This document shows, piece by piece, positions 44,235-55,717 of a stretch of DNA of 64,000 bases (positions are counted from its first letter, which is position 1; each line of letters opens with the position of its first letter). The stretch is from an uncultured Gemmatimonadales bacterium (lineage in GTDB: Bacteria > Gemmatimonadota > Gemmatimonadetes > Gemmatimonadales > GWC2-71-9): positions 256,001-320,000 of the forward strand of contig CAVVKJ010000005.1 of NCBI GenBank assembly GCA_963748815.1, read 5' to 3'. A program made the translations under genes and the position numbers. The notes below the pieces were generated by a model. The model saw nothing but the letters and a program-made list of their open reading frames with translations. It made no database searches and was not told the origin of the DNA.

Positions 44235-44703
44235 GGGCCTCGTCCTGCTGGCGCTGGCCGGCGGGGTGGGCGCCTCGCCGCTCGCGGGGCAGGGGGGCGC
44301 GGTCCGGGAACTGGGGGCGGAGGCGGTGGCCACCGGGTCCGATCCCGCGACCTACACCGGCGGCGTCACCGCGTCGATCCGGCCGAGCGTGCGGACCCGC
44401 ATCGGACTTTATGCGGGGGGCGGGGTGAACGGTGATGGGGAGGGGGTGGGGCGGGCGGAACTGCTCGGCCAGTTCCTGCTCAATCCACGGAGCACGCACC
44501 TCGGGTTCTACGCCGGCGGGGGGCTGGCCGGGGCGTTCGCCAGCGGCGCGGCCAACGGGTACCTCGTGCTGCTGGTGGGGCTGGAGAGCCGCCCTGGCGG
44601 GACCGGCGGGTGGTTTGTCGAAGCGGGGGTGGGCGGGGGCGCGCGGGTTGCCGCCGGATACCGGTGGCGAAAACTCCCGCCGGGCTGGCGGGCGGAGCGT
44701 TGA
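44215..44703 (+). CDS. Secreted small beta-barrel-like hypothetical protein
   Basis: Signal peptide, Gly/aromatic strands and 'AGYRW'. Confidence 0.55.
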   Translation: MPLPWSRGLVLLALAGGVGASPLAGQGGAVRELGAEAVATGSDPATYTGGVTASIRPSVRTRIGLYAGGGVNGDGEGVGRAELLGQFLLNPRSTHLGFYAGGGLAGAFASGAANGYLVLLVGLESRPGGTGGWFVEAGVGGGARVAAGYRWRKLPPGWRAER

Positions 44704-44709
44704 TGCCAA

Positions 44710-44738
44710 ACCGCCCCGGGAGCGTGTCCCGGGGCGGT
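44710..44738. terminator. Hairpin between convergent genes
   Basis: ACCGCCCCGGGA-GCGTG-TCCCGGGGCGGT. Confidence 0.7.
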
Positions 44739-44743
44739 GTGTG

Positions 44744-45016
44744 CTACTCGGCGGATCCGCTGCCGACGGTCTCGGCCTGGCGCTGCACCACGGGCCGACA
44801 GTACCGCTCGCCGAGGAGGCGGAGGTTGGCGCGATCCTCTTCCGCGAGGTCGGGATAGCGCTCTGTCAGATACTGCATGGTGTCGTCGAACCAGTCCTTC
44901 TGGTGTTCGAGCTCGGCTTCCATCACGCCGCACCGAAGGATGTGGCTGAAGAGTTCGTCGCGCGCCTGGTCGAACGAGGCGGGCGGCGCCGACCGCGGGG
45001 TCTTTTTCTTGGTCAT
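44744..45016 (-). CDS. Hypothetical protein
   Basis: 90-aa ORF with AGGAAGG SD. Confidence 0.65.
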   Translation of the reverse strand: MTKKKTPRSAPPASFDQARDELFSHILRCGVMEAELEHQKDWFDDTMQYLTERYPDLAEEDRANLRLLGERYCRPVVQRQAETVGSGSAE

Positions 45017-45220
45017 GCACCTTCCTCTGGGTGGAACTCGGCCCCGGTATCAAATGCGCCGGGCGTGCTGAAACATAACAGGGGACGGGGTGAATTCGCA
45101 AAGGTTTCGGCCCGAGCGCTGGGCCTGTAATCCATTACATTCCAGTCGGTTGATGCCGCTGGCCGGCTCGCCGGCCCGCCCGTTCGCGACACCGTGTGAC
45201 TCATTTGAGGACGACCTCCC

Positions 45221-45904
45221 ATGGCTGGATCCACCTCCCTGAACCGCTTCTATCTCATCTTGCTGGCCGTCGCGGTTGTCGGCGGCGGGCTGCTCTTCCG
45301 GCAGGTGCGCCGCGGGGGCCCAACGATCTCCCCCGATGTCGTGGTGACGGTGGCCGACACCGCGGGGTTCTCGGGCTACTACCTCGGGAATCCGAACGCC
45401 CCGGTCGTCATTACCGAGTACGCGGACTACCAGTGTCCCGCCTGCCAGAGTTTCGACATGGTCCAGTTTCCCGACATCGTTCGGCAGATGATCGAGACCG
45501 GCCAGGTCCGGTGGCGGTACCGGGACTTCCCGCTGAACATGCACCCCTTCGCCTGGCTGGCCGCGCACTCCGCCGCCTGTGGCGACGACCAGGGCAAGTA
45601 CTGGCCGCAGCACGCCGCGATTTACCAGGGCCAGGGAAACTGGTCGCGCGAGACGGAGCCGTCGGGGACATTCCGCGATTACGCGGAGCGGAACGGACTC
45701 GACATGAAGGCCTACGATGCCTGCATGCAGTCGGCGAAGTTCGCGGGCCGCATCAAGGCGAGCTATGAGGAGGGGGCGGCCGCCGGGGTGGGTGGCACGC
45801 CGACCTTCTTCGTCAACGGGCGCCTCTTCAACGGCACCTCGTCGTCCGACGCGCTCAAGCGCATCGTCGACTCGCTGGCTCCGGCGCCCGCCCCGGCGCC
45901 ATGA
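45221..45904 (+). CDS. DsbA family thioredoxin-fold protein
   Basis: EYADYQCPAC, RDFPL and GTPTFFVNG. Confidence 0.9.
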   Translation: MAGSTSLNRFYLILLAVAVVGGGLLFRQVRRGGPTISPDVVVTVADTAGFSGYYLGNPNAPVVITEYADYQCPACQSFDMVQFPDIVRQMIETGQVRWRYRDFPLNMHPFAWLAAHSAACGDDQGKYWPQHAAIYQGQGNWSRETEPSGTFRDYAERNGLDMKAYDACMQSAKFAGRIKASYEEGAAAGVGGTPTFFVNGRLFNGTSSSDALKRIVDSLAPAPAPAP

Positions 45905-46326
45905 AGTATCGGATGGGGGTGGCGCTCCTCAGCCTGACCGGCGTCCTGATTTCCGCCTACCTCTGGATGTTCAAGCACGGCTACATCGGGTCCCTCGCCT
46001 GCGGCAGCGGCGAGTGCGCCACCGTCCAGCTCAGCGAATACAGCAGTTTCCTCGGCGTGGACGTGGCGCTCCTCGGGGCGCTGGCGTACCTCGCCCTGCT
46101 GGGCCTGGCGATGCTCGGCCTCCAGCCGGCCTGGCTGGACCGCCGGGAGCCGACCCGCGGCATCCTGCTGCTCGCCGGCGGCGGGGTGCTCTTTGCCGGC
46201 TACCTGACCTGGCTGGAGTTGTTCGTGATTCACGCCATCTGCCGCTGGTGCGTCGGATCGGCGGTGATCATCGTGCTGGTCCTGACGCTCGCGACGCTCG
46301 ACCACCGCCGCCTGGCCCGCCGCTGA
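45901..46326 (+). CDS. Vitamin K epoxide reductase (VKOR) family protein
   Basis: CGSGEC loop and CRWC active site. Confidence 0.9.
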   Translation: MKYRMGVALLSLTGVLISAYLWMFKHGYIGSLACGSGECATVQLSEYSSFLGVDVALLGALAYLALLGLAMLGLQPAWLDRREPTRGILLLAGGGVLFAGYLTWLELFVIHAICRWCVGSAVIIVLVLTLATLDHRRLARR

Positions 46327-46327
46327 G

Positions 46328-48262
46328 ATGAGCGCCCCCGACGACGCCGGCCACGCCCAGAAGGCAGGGCTCACCGCTCTCGCGCTCGGGGCTCTCGGCG
46401 TCGTCTACGGGGACATCGGCACCAGCCCGCTCTACGCCATGAAGGAGGCATTCACCGGGGCGCACGGCCTGCCTCCGACGCCCGAGAATGTCTACGGTGT
46501 CCTCTCCCTCATCTTCTGGTCGCTCAACTTCGTCATTTCGTTCAAGTACATCGGCTTCGTGATGCGGGCCGACAACCGGGGCGAGGGGGGGATCATCGCC
46601 CTCCTCGCCCTGGTCCGCTCCAGGAAGGCCACCGGACGAGGGCAGGCGATCCTCGTGGGGCTCGGCCTGCTCGGCGCGGCGCTCCTGTATGGCGAGGGGA
46701 TCATCACCCCCGCTATCAGCGTCCTCGGCGCCGTCGAGGGCATCGCGGTGGCGTCGCCGACCTTCGCGCACTTCGTGGTGCCGGTCGCGCTGGTCATCCT
46801 GGTCGGGTTGTTCTGGTTCCAGCACCACGGCACCGACCGGATCGGGAAGGCATTCGGGCCGATCATGGTGGTCTGGTTCCTCGTGATCGCCGTCCTCGGG
46901 GTCCGGGGCATCACCCTGCACCCGGAAGTGCTGCGCGCGGTGAACCCCTGGTATGCGGTGGAGTTCTTCATCAACGACCGGCTGGAGGGGTTCCTGATCC
47001 TCGGCGCGGTGGTGCTGGTCATCACCGGCGGCGAGGCGCTCTACGCCGACATGGGCCACTTCGGGCGCAGGCCGATCCGACTGGCGTGGTTCGCCTTCGC
47101 CCTGCCGGCGCTGCTGCTGAACTACTTCGGGCAGGCGGCCCTGCTGATCCAGAGCCCCGGCGTCGAGAATCCCTTCTTCGCGCTGGCGCCGCAGTGGTTC
47201 CTCTACCCGACCATCGCGATCGCGACGCTCGCCGCCATCGTGGCGTCGCAGGCGCTGATTTCCGGGGCGTTTTCCCTGACCCGCCAGGCGGTGCAGCTCG
47301 GCTACAGCCCGCGCGTGACGATCGTGCACACCTCGCGCACCGAGGCGGGGCAGATCTACATCCCCGAGGTCAACCAGGCGCTCGCCGTCGGGTGCATCCT
47401 GCTGGTGCTCGGCTTCCGGAGCGCCACCAACCTGGCGGCGGCGTACGGCATCGCGGTCACCGGCACCATGGCCATCTCCACGCTGCTCTTCTTCCGCGTG
47501 GCGCGTGACCTCTGGCACTGGAAGTTGATCGCCGCCGCCACGCTGTGCGGCGTCTTCCTGATCGTGGACCTGTCGTTCTTCGGGGCCAACGTCATCAAGT
47601 TCGCCGACGGCGGATGGTTCCCGATCGCGGTCGCCGCCGTCGTCTACACGCTGATGACGACCTGGAAGCGCGGGCGGGCCAAGCTCACCTCCCTCACCCA
47701 GCAGACCAGCCTCCCCATCGACCTCTTCCTGGCCGACGTGGCCAAGCGGCCCCCGGTCCGGGTGCCCGGCACGGCGGTCGTCCTCACCTCCACGCTGGAC
47801 ATCGCGCCGCCCGTCCTGCTGCACCACCTGAAGCACAACAAGGTCCTGCATCAACGGGTCATCCTCCTCTCCATCGTGACGGAGGAGGTGCCGCAGGTGT
47901 CGGCCGCAGACCGGGTCGAGTCCCGCGAACTTGGCGAGGGGTTCTGGCGGGTGGTGGGGCACTACGGCTTCATGGAGAGCCCGGATGTGCCGGCGTTCCT
48001 CACCCGGCTCGGCGAGTCAAGCATCCCGGGGTCCCCGGAGCCGGTCTTCCTCACCCAGACCTCGTTCTTCCTCGGGCGGGAGACGCTGATCGCCACGCCG
48101 CGCGGCAAGCTGCCGAAGCGGCTCCCCGGTGACCCGCGGCCGATGCCGTACTGGCGCCGCAGGCTGTTCATCATCATGACGCGCAATGCGCAGTCCGCCG
48201 CTGCCTTCTTCGGGCTGCCGCCGAACCGGGTCGTCGAATTGGGAGCGCAGATCCAGATCTGA
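46328..48262 (+). CDS. kup: Potassium transporter Kup (copy 1)
   Basis: GVVYGDIGTSPLY, ADNRGEGG, EALYADMGHFG and GQIYIP. Confidence 0.95.
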   Translation: MSAPDDAGHAQKAGLTALALGALGVVYGDIGTSPLYAMKEAFTGAHGLPPTPENVYGVLSLIFWSLNFVISFKYIGFVMRADNRGEGGIIALLALVRSRKATGRGQAILVGLGLLGAALLYGEGIITPAISVLGAVEGIAVASPTFAHFVVPVALVILVGLFWFQHHGTDRIGKAFGPIMVVWFLVIAVLGVRGITLHPEVLRAVNPWYAVEFFINDRLEGFLILGAVVLVITGGEALYADMGHFGRRPIRLAWFAFALPALLLNYFGQAALLIQSPGVENPFFALAPQWFLYPTIAIATLAAIVASQALISGAFSLTRQAVQLGYSPRVTIVHTSRTEAGQIYIPEVNQALAVGCILLVLGFRSATNLAAAYGIAVTGTMAISTLLFFRVARDLWHWKLIAAATLCGVFLIVDLSFFGANVIKFADGGWFPIAVAAVVYTLMTTWKRGRAKLTSLTQQTSLPIDLFLADVAKRPPVRVPGTAVVLTSTLDIAPPVLLHHLKHNKVLHQRVILLSIVTEEVPQVSAADRVESRELGEGFWRVVGHYGFMESPDVPAFLTRLGESSIPGSPEPVFLTQTSFFLGRETLIATPRGKLPKRLPGDPRPMPYWRRRLFIIMTRNAQSAAAFFGLPPNRVVELGAQIQI

Positions 48263-48264
48263 CC

Positions 48265-50199
48265 ATGACCTCTCACGACAATCGACCGGGGCATGATCAT
48301 GGCACACGGCTGGGCGCGCTGGCGCTCGGCGCCCTCGGCGTGGTCTACGGCGACATCGGAACGAGCCCGCTCTACGCCCTGAAGGAGGCGTTCACCGGGA
48401 CACACGGTCTCTCTCCGACCCCCGCCAACGTGTTCGGCGTCCTCTCGCTGGTTTTCTGGTCGCTCAACTTCGTCATCTCGTTCAAGTACATCGCCTTCGT
48501 GATGCGGGCCGACAACCGGGGGGAGGGGGGTATTCTGGCCCTCCTGGCGCTGGTGCGTGCCCGCGAGTCGGGCGGACGCGGTCAGGCGGTCCTGGTCATG
48601 CTGGGACTCTTCGGCGCGGCGCTCCTCTACGGCGACGGGGTCATTACGCCGGCCATCAGCGTCCTCGGCGCCATCGAGGGGCTGGAGGTGGCCGCGCCGG
48701 CGCTCGCCCATGTTGTCGTGCCGCTCTCCGTCCTCATCCTGGTCGCGCTCTTCTCGGCCCAGCGGCACGGCACCGACCGGATTGGGAAGGCCTTCGGGCC
48801 CATCATGCTGGTCTGGTTTTGCTGCCTGGCGCTGCTCGGATTGCGGGGTATCGCCATGCATCCGGAAGTGCTCGGCGCGGTGAATCCCTGGCATGCGGTG
48901 CTGTTCTTCGTCGAGGACGGGTGGCGGGGTTTCCTGATCCTCGGCGCGGTGGTGCTGGTCGTGACCGGTGGCGAGGCGCTGTACGCCGACATGGGGCACT
49001 TCGGACGGCGCCCGATCCAGCTGGCCTGGTTCGGCGTCGCCCTGCCGGCGCTCCTCCTCAACTATTTCGGGCAGGCGGCCCTGCTCATCCAGACGCCCGG
49101 CGTGGAGAACCCGTTCTTCGCGCTGGTGCCGGCGTGGTTCCTCTACCCGATGGTCGTCATCGCCGCCCTGGCGGCGGTGGTGGCCTCCCAGGCCCTGATT
49201 TCGGGAGCGTTCTCGCTGACGCGGCAGGCGGTGCAGCTGGGGTACAGCCCCCGTGTGACGATCGTGCACACCTCGCGCACCGAGGTCGGGCAGATCTACG
49301 TCCCCGAGGTGAACCAGGCGCTGGCGGTGGCGTGTGTCCTCCTGGTCATCGGCTTCAAGAGTTCCACCAACCTGGCCGCCGCGTACGGCATCGCGGTCAC
49401 CGGCACGATGATCATCACGACCATCCTGTTCTATCGCGTGGCGCGCGACCGGTGGCACTGGAGCGTTCCGGTGGCGGGGACCCTCTGCGGGCTCTTTCTC
49501 GTGGTCGACCTGGCCTTCTTCGGGGCCAACATCATCAAGTTTGTCGATGGCGGGTGGTTTCCGATCGTCGTGGCGGCCGTGGTCTATACCCTGATGAGCA
49601 CCTGGAAGCGGGGGCGCGACAGGATCAGGGCGCTCGCCGACGAGTCGAGCCTTCCGATCGATCTGCTCCTCTCCGATTTTGCGGCGCATCCGCCGGTGCG
49701 GGTCCCCGGCACGGCCATTTTCCTGACTGCGGTCACCGGCATCGCCCCGTCGGTCCTGCTGCACCATCTGAAGCACAACCGGTCGCTCCACCAGCGGGTC
49801 ATCCTGTTGTCCATGGTCACGGAAGAAGTACCGCAGGTCGATGCGGCAGCTCGACTGGAATGCGCGGACCTGGGGCAGGGATGCTGGCAGGTGATCGGGC
49901 ACTACGGGTTCATGGAGACGCCGGATGTCCCGGCGCTGTTGATGCAGATGGGCGAGGTGGATTCACCGGGGGTGCCTGCCCGGGTGTTCCTGACCCAGTC
50001 CTCGTTCTACCTCGGGCGGGACACGCTCATCGCGACGCACGCGCCGCGGGCCAGGCGGAGCCCGGGAGCGCCCCGGCCGATGTCCTATTGGCGGCGCATC
50101 CTCTTCATCGTGATGTCCCGCAACGCGCAATCGGCGACGACGTTCTTCGGCTTGCCGCCGAACCGGGTCGTTGAACTGGGGGCCCAGATCCAGATTTAA
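48265..50199 (+). CDS. kup: Potassium transporter Kup (copy 2)
   Basis: Same motifs and the same length (644 aa). Confidence 0.95.
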   Translation: MTSHDNRPGHDHGTRLGALALGALGVVYGDIGTSPLYALKEAFTGTHGLSPTPANVFGVLSLVFWSLNFVISFKYIAFVMRADNRGEGGILALLALVRARESGGRGQAVLVMLGLFGAALLYGDGVITPAISVLGAIEGLEVAAPALAHVVVPLSVLILVALFSAQRHGTDRIGKAFGPIMLVWFCCLALLGLRGIAMHPEVLGAVNPWHAVLFFVEDGWRGFLILGAVVLVVTGGEALYADMGHFGRRPIQLAWFGVALPALLLNYFGQAALLIQTPGVENPFFALVPAWFLYPMVVIAALAAVVASQALISGAFSLTRQAVQLGYSPRVTIVHTSRTEVGQIYVPEVNQALAVACVLLVIGFKSSTNLAAAYGIAVTGTMIITTILFYRVARDRWHWSVPVAGTLCGLFLVVDLAFFGANIIKFVDGGWFPIVVAAVVYTLMSTWKRGRDRIRALADESSLPIDLLLSDFAAHPPVRVPGTAIFLTAVTGIAPSVLLHHLKHNRSLHQRVILLSMVTEEVPQVDAAARLECADLGQGCWQVIGHYGFMETPDVPALLMQMGEVDSPGVPARVFLTQSSFYLGRDTLIATHAPRARRSPGAPRPMSYWRRILFIVMSRNAQSATTFFGLPPNRVVELGAQIQI

Positions 50200-50204
50200 G
50201 AAAA

Positions 50205-50265
50205 TGGACCCCGGCTTGTGCCGGGGTGACGGCTTGTGCCGGGGTGACGGCTTGCGCCGGGGTGG
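50205..50265. repeat. CGTC-type REP-like palindrome followed by 18-bp tandem repeats (3 copies)
   Basis: Reverse complement CGTCACCCCGGCACAAGCCGGGGTCCA; unit CGGCTTG(T/C)GCCGGGGTG(A/G) at 50212, 50230 and 50248. Confidence 0.7.
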
Positions 50266-50300
50266 CGGCCGTCGCATCTGCTTCCCCGCTTCCCCGCTTC

Positions 50301-52258
<1,958 letters not shown>

Positions 52259-52652
52259 GCGGAGAATTCCTCCGGTCGGGTCGGGTCCGTGCCGGTCGGC
52301 GGCCCTTGCAGGCCAGCCGCCGGGCGGGCGGAGTGCGGGAGACGCGGGCGCTGAAAGCCCTTGCAGTCTCGGTCCAAGCGACGGATTGACAACGCGTTAG
52401 ATCGATGGCACCAATTTCGCCTTTTCCAGCGGCGGGAGGCATCTTGCCCCCCGGAACAATACAACTGATCCGCCCGATAATAGCACACCCGGAGCGATCC
52501 GGGGCCGCAAAACTGGAGGTCTCATCCGAAGTCGGATGAGATAGCTCGGTGCCGAAGGTGGAATGCACACGACTCGATGAGCGTGGCGTTTCGGCCGGTT
52601 GGCGTGGCGAAACGACCACGCTTTGCTTATGTCGGGCCAGGGAGAACACCGC

Positions 52653-52967
52653 ATGGTGCCCGACACCCAGACCGTCCGAGAACTGACCGCGCCGCCGTCG
52701 CTCGGACTTGAAACCCGCGCCACTTTCCGCCAGGCCGCCGTCGGCGTCCTCGAGGAGATGCCCGAAGGGGAGAGCCGCCTGGTCATCGACCTGGCTGGCA
52801 CGCGCCACGTGGATTCGGCCGGCCTCGGCGCCCTGATGCTGGTGCAGCGACGCGCCGGCGAGCGGCGTCAGCGGGTGACCCTCCGCTCGGCGAGCGAGGA
52901 ACTTCGGTTCCTCCTCATGCTCACCAAGCTGGAGGACCTCTTCGAACTGGAACCGAAGCAGGTGTAG
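52653..52967 (+). CDS. STAS anti-sigma-factor antagonist
   Basis: 'IDLAGTRHVDSAGLGAL'. Confidence 0.88.
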   Translation: MVPDTQTVRELTAPPSLGLETRATFRQAAVGVLEEMPEGESRLVIDLAGTRHVDSAGLGALMLVQRRAGERRQRVTLRSASEELRFLLMLTKLEDLFELEPKQV

Positions 52968-53027
52968 TCTTATACTCCGTGGACGCCCGCCGCTCCGGCA
53001 GGCGATCCGTGCCTTCCGGGCGGGGTG

Positions 53028-53396
53028 ATGACCGAACCGCGTGCACCACGCCGGGTGTTGTTCATCGAAGATGAGCCCGCCCTGCGCATCAGCTACGAAC
53101 GCTTCTTCCGGCCGCGCTACGCCATGGCGTTTGCGTCGTCGGGGGCGGAGGCGCTGGCCCGGGTCGCCGAGGGGCCGCTGGACGTCGTGGTGCTCGACAT
53201 GCGTCTCCCCGACACCGACGGCGTCGAGCTGCTCCGGCGCATCCGCGAAACCCATCCGGACATCCCCGTCATCATCACCACCGCCTACGTGAGCGTGGAG
53301 CCGCAGCTTCGCGTCCTCGACCTGGCGCACAGCGCCTACCTGATCAAGCCCTTCGACCTCGACGAACTCGGCGCCGCCATTGATCGAGCCGGCTGA
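53028..53396 (+). CDS. Single-domain response regulator
   Basis: IEDE, LDMRLPD, ITTAY and IKPF. Confidence 0.9.
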   Translation: MTEPRAPRRVLFIEDEPALRISYERFFRPRYAMAFASSGAEALARVAEGPLDVVVLDMRLPDTDGVELLRRIRETHPDIPVIITTAYVSVEPQLRVLDLAHSAYLIKPFDLDELGAAIDRAG

Positions 53397-54099
53397 CGCA
53401 CCCCTCCTGGCGGCGCGCGGCCTGGTGCGCGCCTTCGGGGCGTTGCAGGTCCTGCGCGGCGTGGATCTCGAGGTGCGGCGCGGCGAAATGCTGGCGGTCG
53501 CCGGCTCGAACGGCGCCGGCAAGACGACGCTGCTCCGGCTCCTGGCGGGGCTCATGCGCCCCAGCGCTGGCGAGGTGCACATCCACGGCCGGCGGCTGAC
53601 CCGCGACGACCCGGCGCCCCGGCGCGCCATCGGGCTCCTGTCGCACCACACCTTTCTCTACGACGACCTCACCCCGGCGGAAAACCTCCTCTTCACGGCC
53701 AAGCTGTACGGCCTCCCCGACGCCGCGGCCGCCACCCGTACGGCGCTCGACGAAGTCGGGCTTTCCGCGCGCGCCAACACCCCCGTGCGCCACCTGAGCC
53801 GGGGCCTCCTGCAGCGCGCCGCGATTGCCCGCGCGCTGCTGCACCAGCCCGACGTCATCCTCCTCGACGAGCCGTTCACCGGGCTCGACGCGCCGTCCGC
53901 CGACCGATTCCGGGGGCTGCTGGCGTCGCAACTGGCCCGGGGCCGGGCGCTGGTGCTGGTCAGCCACCATCTTGCCGAGGCGTGGGAACTGGCGACCCAC
54001 GTGGCGGTGCTGGCCGGCGGTCGCTGGGCGCTCGAGGGCGAGCGCCCCGCCGACCTCGCGGCCTTTCACGCGCGCTACGCTGAGTTGGTCCATGGTTGA
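53380..54099 (+). CDS. ccmA: Heme exporter ATP-binding subunit
   Basis: GSNGAGKT, LSRG, LLDEPFTGLD; followed by ccmBC. Confidence 0.85.
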   Translation: MIEPADAPLLAARGLVRAFGALQVLRGVDLEVRRGEMLAVAGSNGAGKTTLLRLLAGLMRPSAGEVHIHGRRLTRDDPAPRRAIGLLSHHTFLYDDLTPAENLLFTAKLYGLPDAAAATRTALDEVGLSARANTPVRHLSRGLLQRAAIARALLHQPDVILLDEPFTGLDAPSADRFRGLLASQLARGRALVLVSHHLAEAWELATHVAVLAGGRWALEGERPADLAAFHARYAELVHG

Positions 54100-54772
54100 G
54101 TTCATGCGCCTGGCCTTCGCGATCGCCGGCAAGGACATCCGGCTCGAGCTGCGCAGCCGCACCGCGCTGCTCTCGGCCATCGTCTTTTCCGCCCTGGTGC
54201 TGGTGGTCTTCAACTTCGCGCGCGATCCCACCGCGCTGGCCGCCGTGGATCTCGCGCCGAGTGTCCTCTGGGTCACCTTCGCCTTCGGGGCGGTCATCGC
54301 GCTCAACCGCGCCTTCTACGTGGAGCGCGAAAACGCCGCGCTCGATGGCATCCTCCTCGCGCCGGTGCCGCGGAGCGCGCTTTATGTCGGCAAGCTGCTC
54401 GCCAACCTGGCGTTCGTGGGTGTGGTGGAGGCGGTGGCGCTGCCCCTCTTCGTGCTGTTCTTCAACGTCTCCCTGGGGCATGCCCTTCCCGGCATTCTCG
54501 GCGTCACCGCGCTCGCCACGATCGGCTTCGTGGCGGTCGGCACCATTTTCAGCGCCATGGTGGTGCGGACCCGCTTTGCTGAACTGATGCTCCCGGTGCT
54601 GCTCCTGCCGTTCATGGTCCCGCCGCTGGTCGGCGCGGTCCAGGTGACGGCCAAGCTCCTGGCGGGCCGCCCGTTGAGCGAGATGATGGGCTGGCTTAGG
54701 TTACTGACGCTCTATGATGTCGGCTTCGTGACCCTCTGTATCCTCGTCTTTCCGGCGGTCGTCGACGAATGA
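54092..54772 (+). CDS. ccmB: Heme exporter membrane subunit
   Basis: 'KDIRLELRSR', 'ERENAALDGILLAP' and 'LPVLLLP'. Confidence 0.9.
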   Translation: MVEFMRLAFAIAGKDIRLELRSRTALLSAIVFSALVLVVFNFARDPTALAAVDLAPSVLWVTFAFGAVIALNRAFYVERENAALDGILLAPVPRSALYVGKLLANLAFVGVVEAVALPLFVLFFNVSLGHALPGILGVTALATIGFVAVGTIFSAMVVRTRFAELMLPVLLLPFMVPPLVGAVQVTAKLLAGRPLSEMMGWLRLLTLYDVGFVTLCILVFPAVVDE

Positions 54773-55470
54773 CACCCGAACTCCTTGCTGCCACCCGCAT
54801 CGTCCGCCGAGGCCAGGTGCTCACGGCCCTCGGCCTGCTCGCGGCCGCGGTCGTCTATGTCATTGCGCTCTGCTACACCCCGGTGGAGGTGCGGCAGGGA
54901 CTCGCGCAGAAGATCTTCTACGTGCACGCGCCGGCGGCGTGGGGTGCCCTCGTGGCCTTCGCCGTCGTCGGCATCGTGAGCATCCTCTACCTCTGGCTGC
55001 AGGACGAGCGGCTCGACCTCTTCGCGGCCAGCTCGGCGGAGGTCGGCATCGCCTTTTCCCTCGTGATGCTGACGACCGGCCCGATCTGGGGCAAGACCGT
55101 CTGGGGCACCTGGTGGACCTGGGACGCGCGCCTGACCCTGACCCTCTTCCTCTTCTTCCTGTTCATCGGGTACCTCGCGCTGCGGGCGGCGGTGCAGGAC
55201 CGCGGCGAACGCGCGCGGTTCAGCGCGGTGGTCGGGATCATGGGCCTGGTGCTCGTGCCGTTCATCCACCTGAGCGTCTACCTCTTCCGGACCCTGCATC
55301 CCCAGCCCGTGCTCCTGAAGCCGAGCGCGCCGTCGATGCCGCCGGAAATGCTGCGCGCGCTGCTCTCGGGGATGGCCGCATTCACGATCCTCTACATCGG
55401 GTTCGTCGTCCTGCGCTACGGATTGGCGCGGCTGGACAACCTGCGGGAAGGAGCCGGCGATGCCTTTTGA
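54769..55470 (+). CDS. ccmC: Heme exporter / cytochrome c biogenesis protein
   Basis: IFYVHAP, WWD motif WGKTVWGTWWTWDARLT and RTLHP. Confidence 0.92.
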   Translation: MTPELLAATRIVRRGQVLTALGLLAAAVVYVIALCYTPVEVRQGLAQKIFYVHAPAAWGALVAFAVVGIVSILYLWLQDERLDLFAASSAEVGIAFSLVMLTTGPIWGKTVWGTWWTWDARLTLTLFLFFLFIGYLALRAAVQDRGERARFSAVVGIMGLVLVPFIHLSVYLFRTLHPQPVLLKPSAPSMPPEMLRALLSGMAAFTILYIGFVVLRYGLARLDNLREGAGDAF

Positions 55471-55615
55471 CACTCCGCAGAACGGCGGATTCCTGGCCGC
55501 CGCCTACATCGTGGCGGCGGTGATTTATGTCGCATACGCGACCAGTCTCTTCCTGCGCGCGCGTCGGGCCATGCGACAGGCGGGGCAGGGGGGCAGCGGG
55601 GCAGCGGGGCCGTAG
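55460..55615 (+). CDS. ccmD: CcmD-like small membrane protein (51 aa, not in the ORF track)
   Basis: MPFDTPQNGGFLAAAYIVAAVIYVAYATSLFLRARRAMR...; GGAG SD; directly after ccmC. Confidence 0.7.
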   Translation: MPFDTPQNGGFLAAAYIVAAVIYVAYATSLFLRARRAMRQAGQGGSGAAGP

Positions 55616-55653
55616 GGGCGCGACGAAATCCGCGCAGCGTCACAGGCACTCAA

Positions 55654-55689
55654 CAAACGGTCCCCCGGTCAAAACCGGGGGACCGTTTG
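55654..55689. terminator. Bidirectional terminator-like hairpin
   Basis: CAAACGGTCCCCCGGT-CAAA-ACCGGGGGACCGTTTG. Confidence 0.8.
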
Positions 55690-55717
55690 CATCGAGACCA
55701 GCGGGACCGCGACGTCG

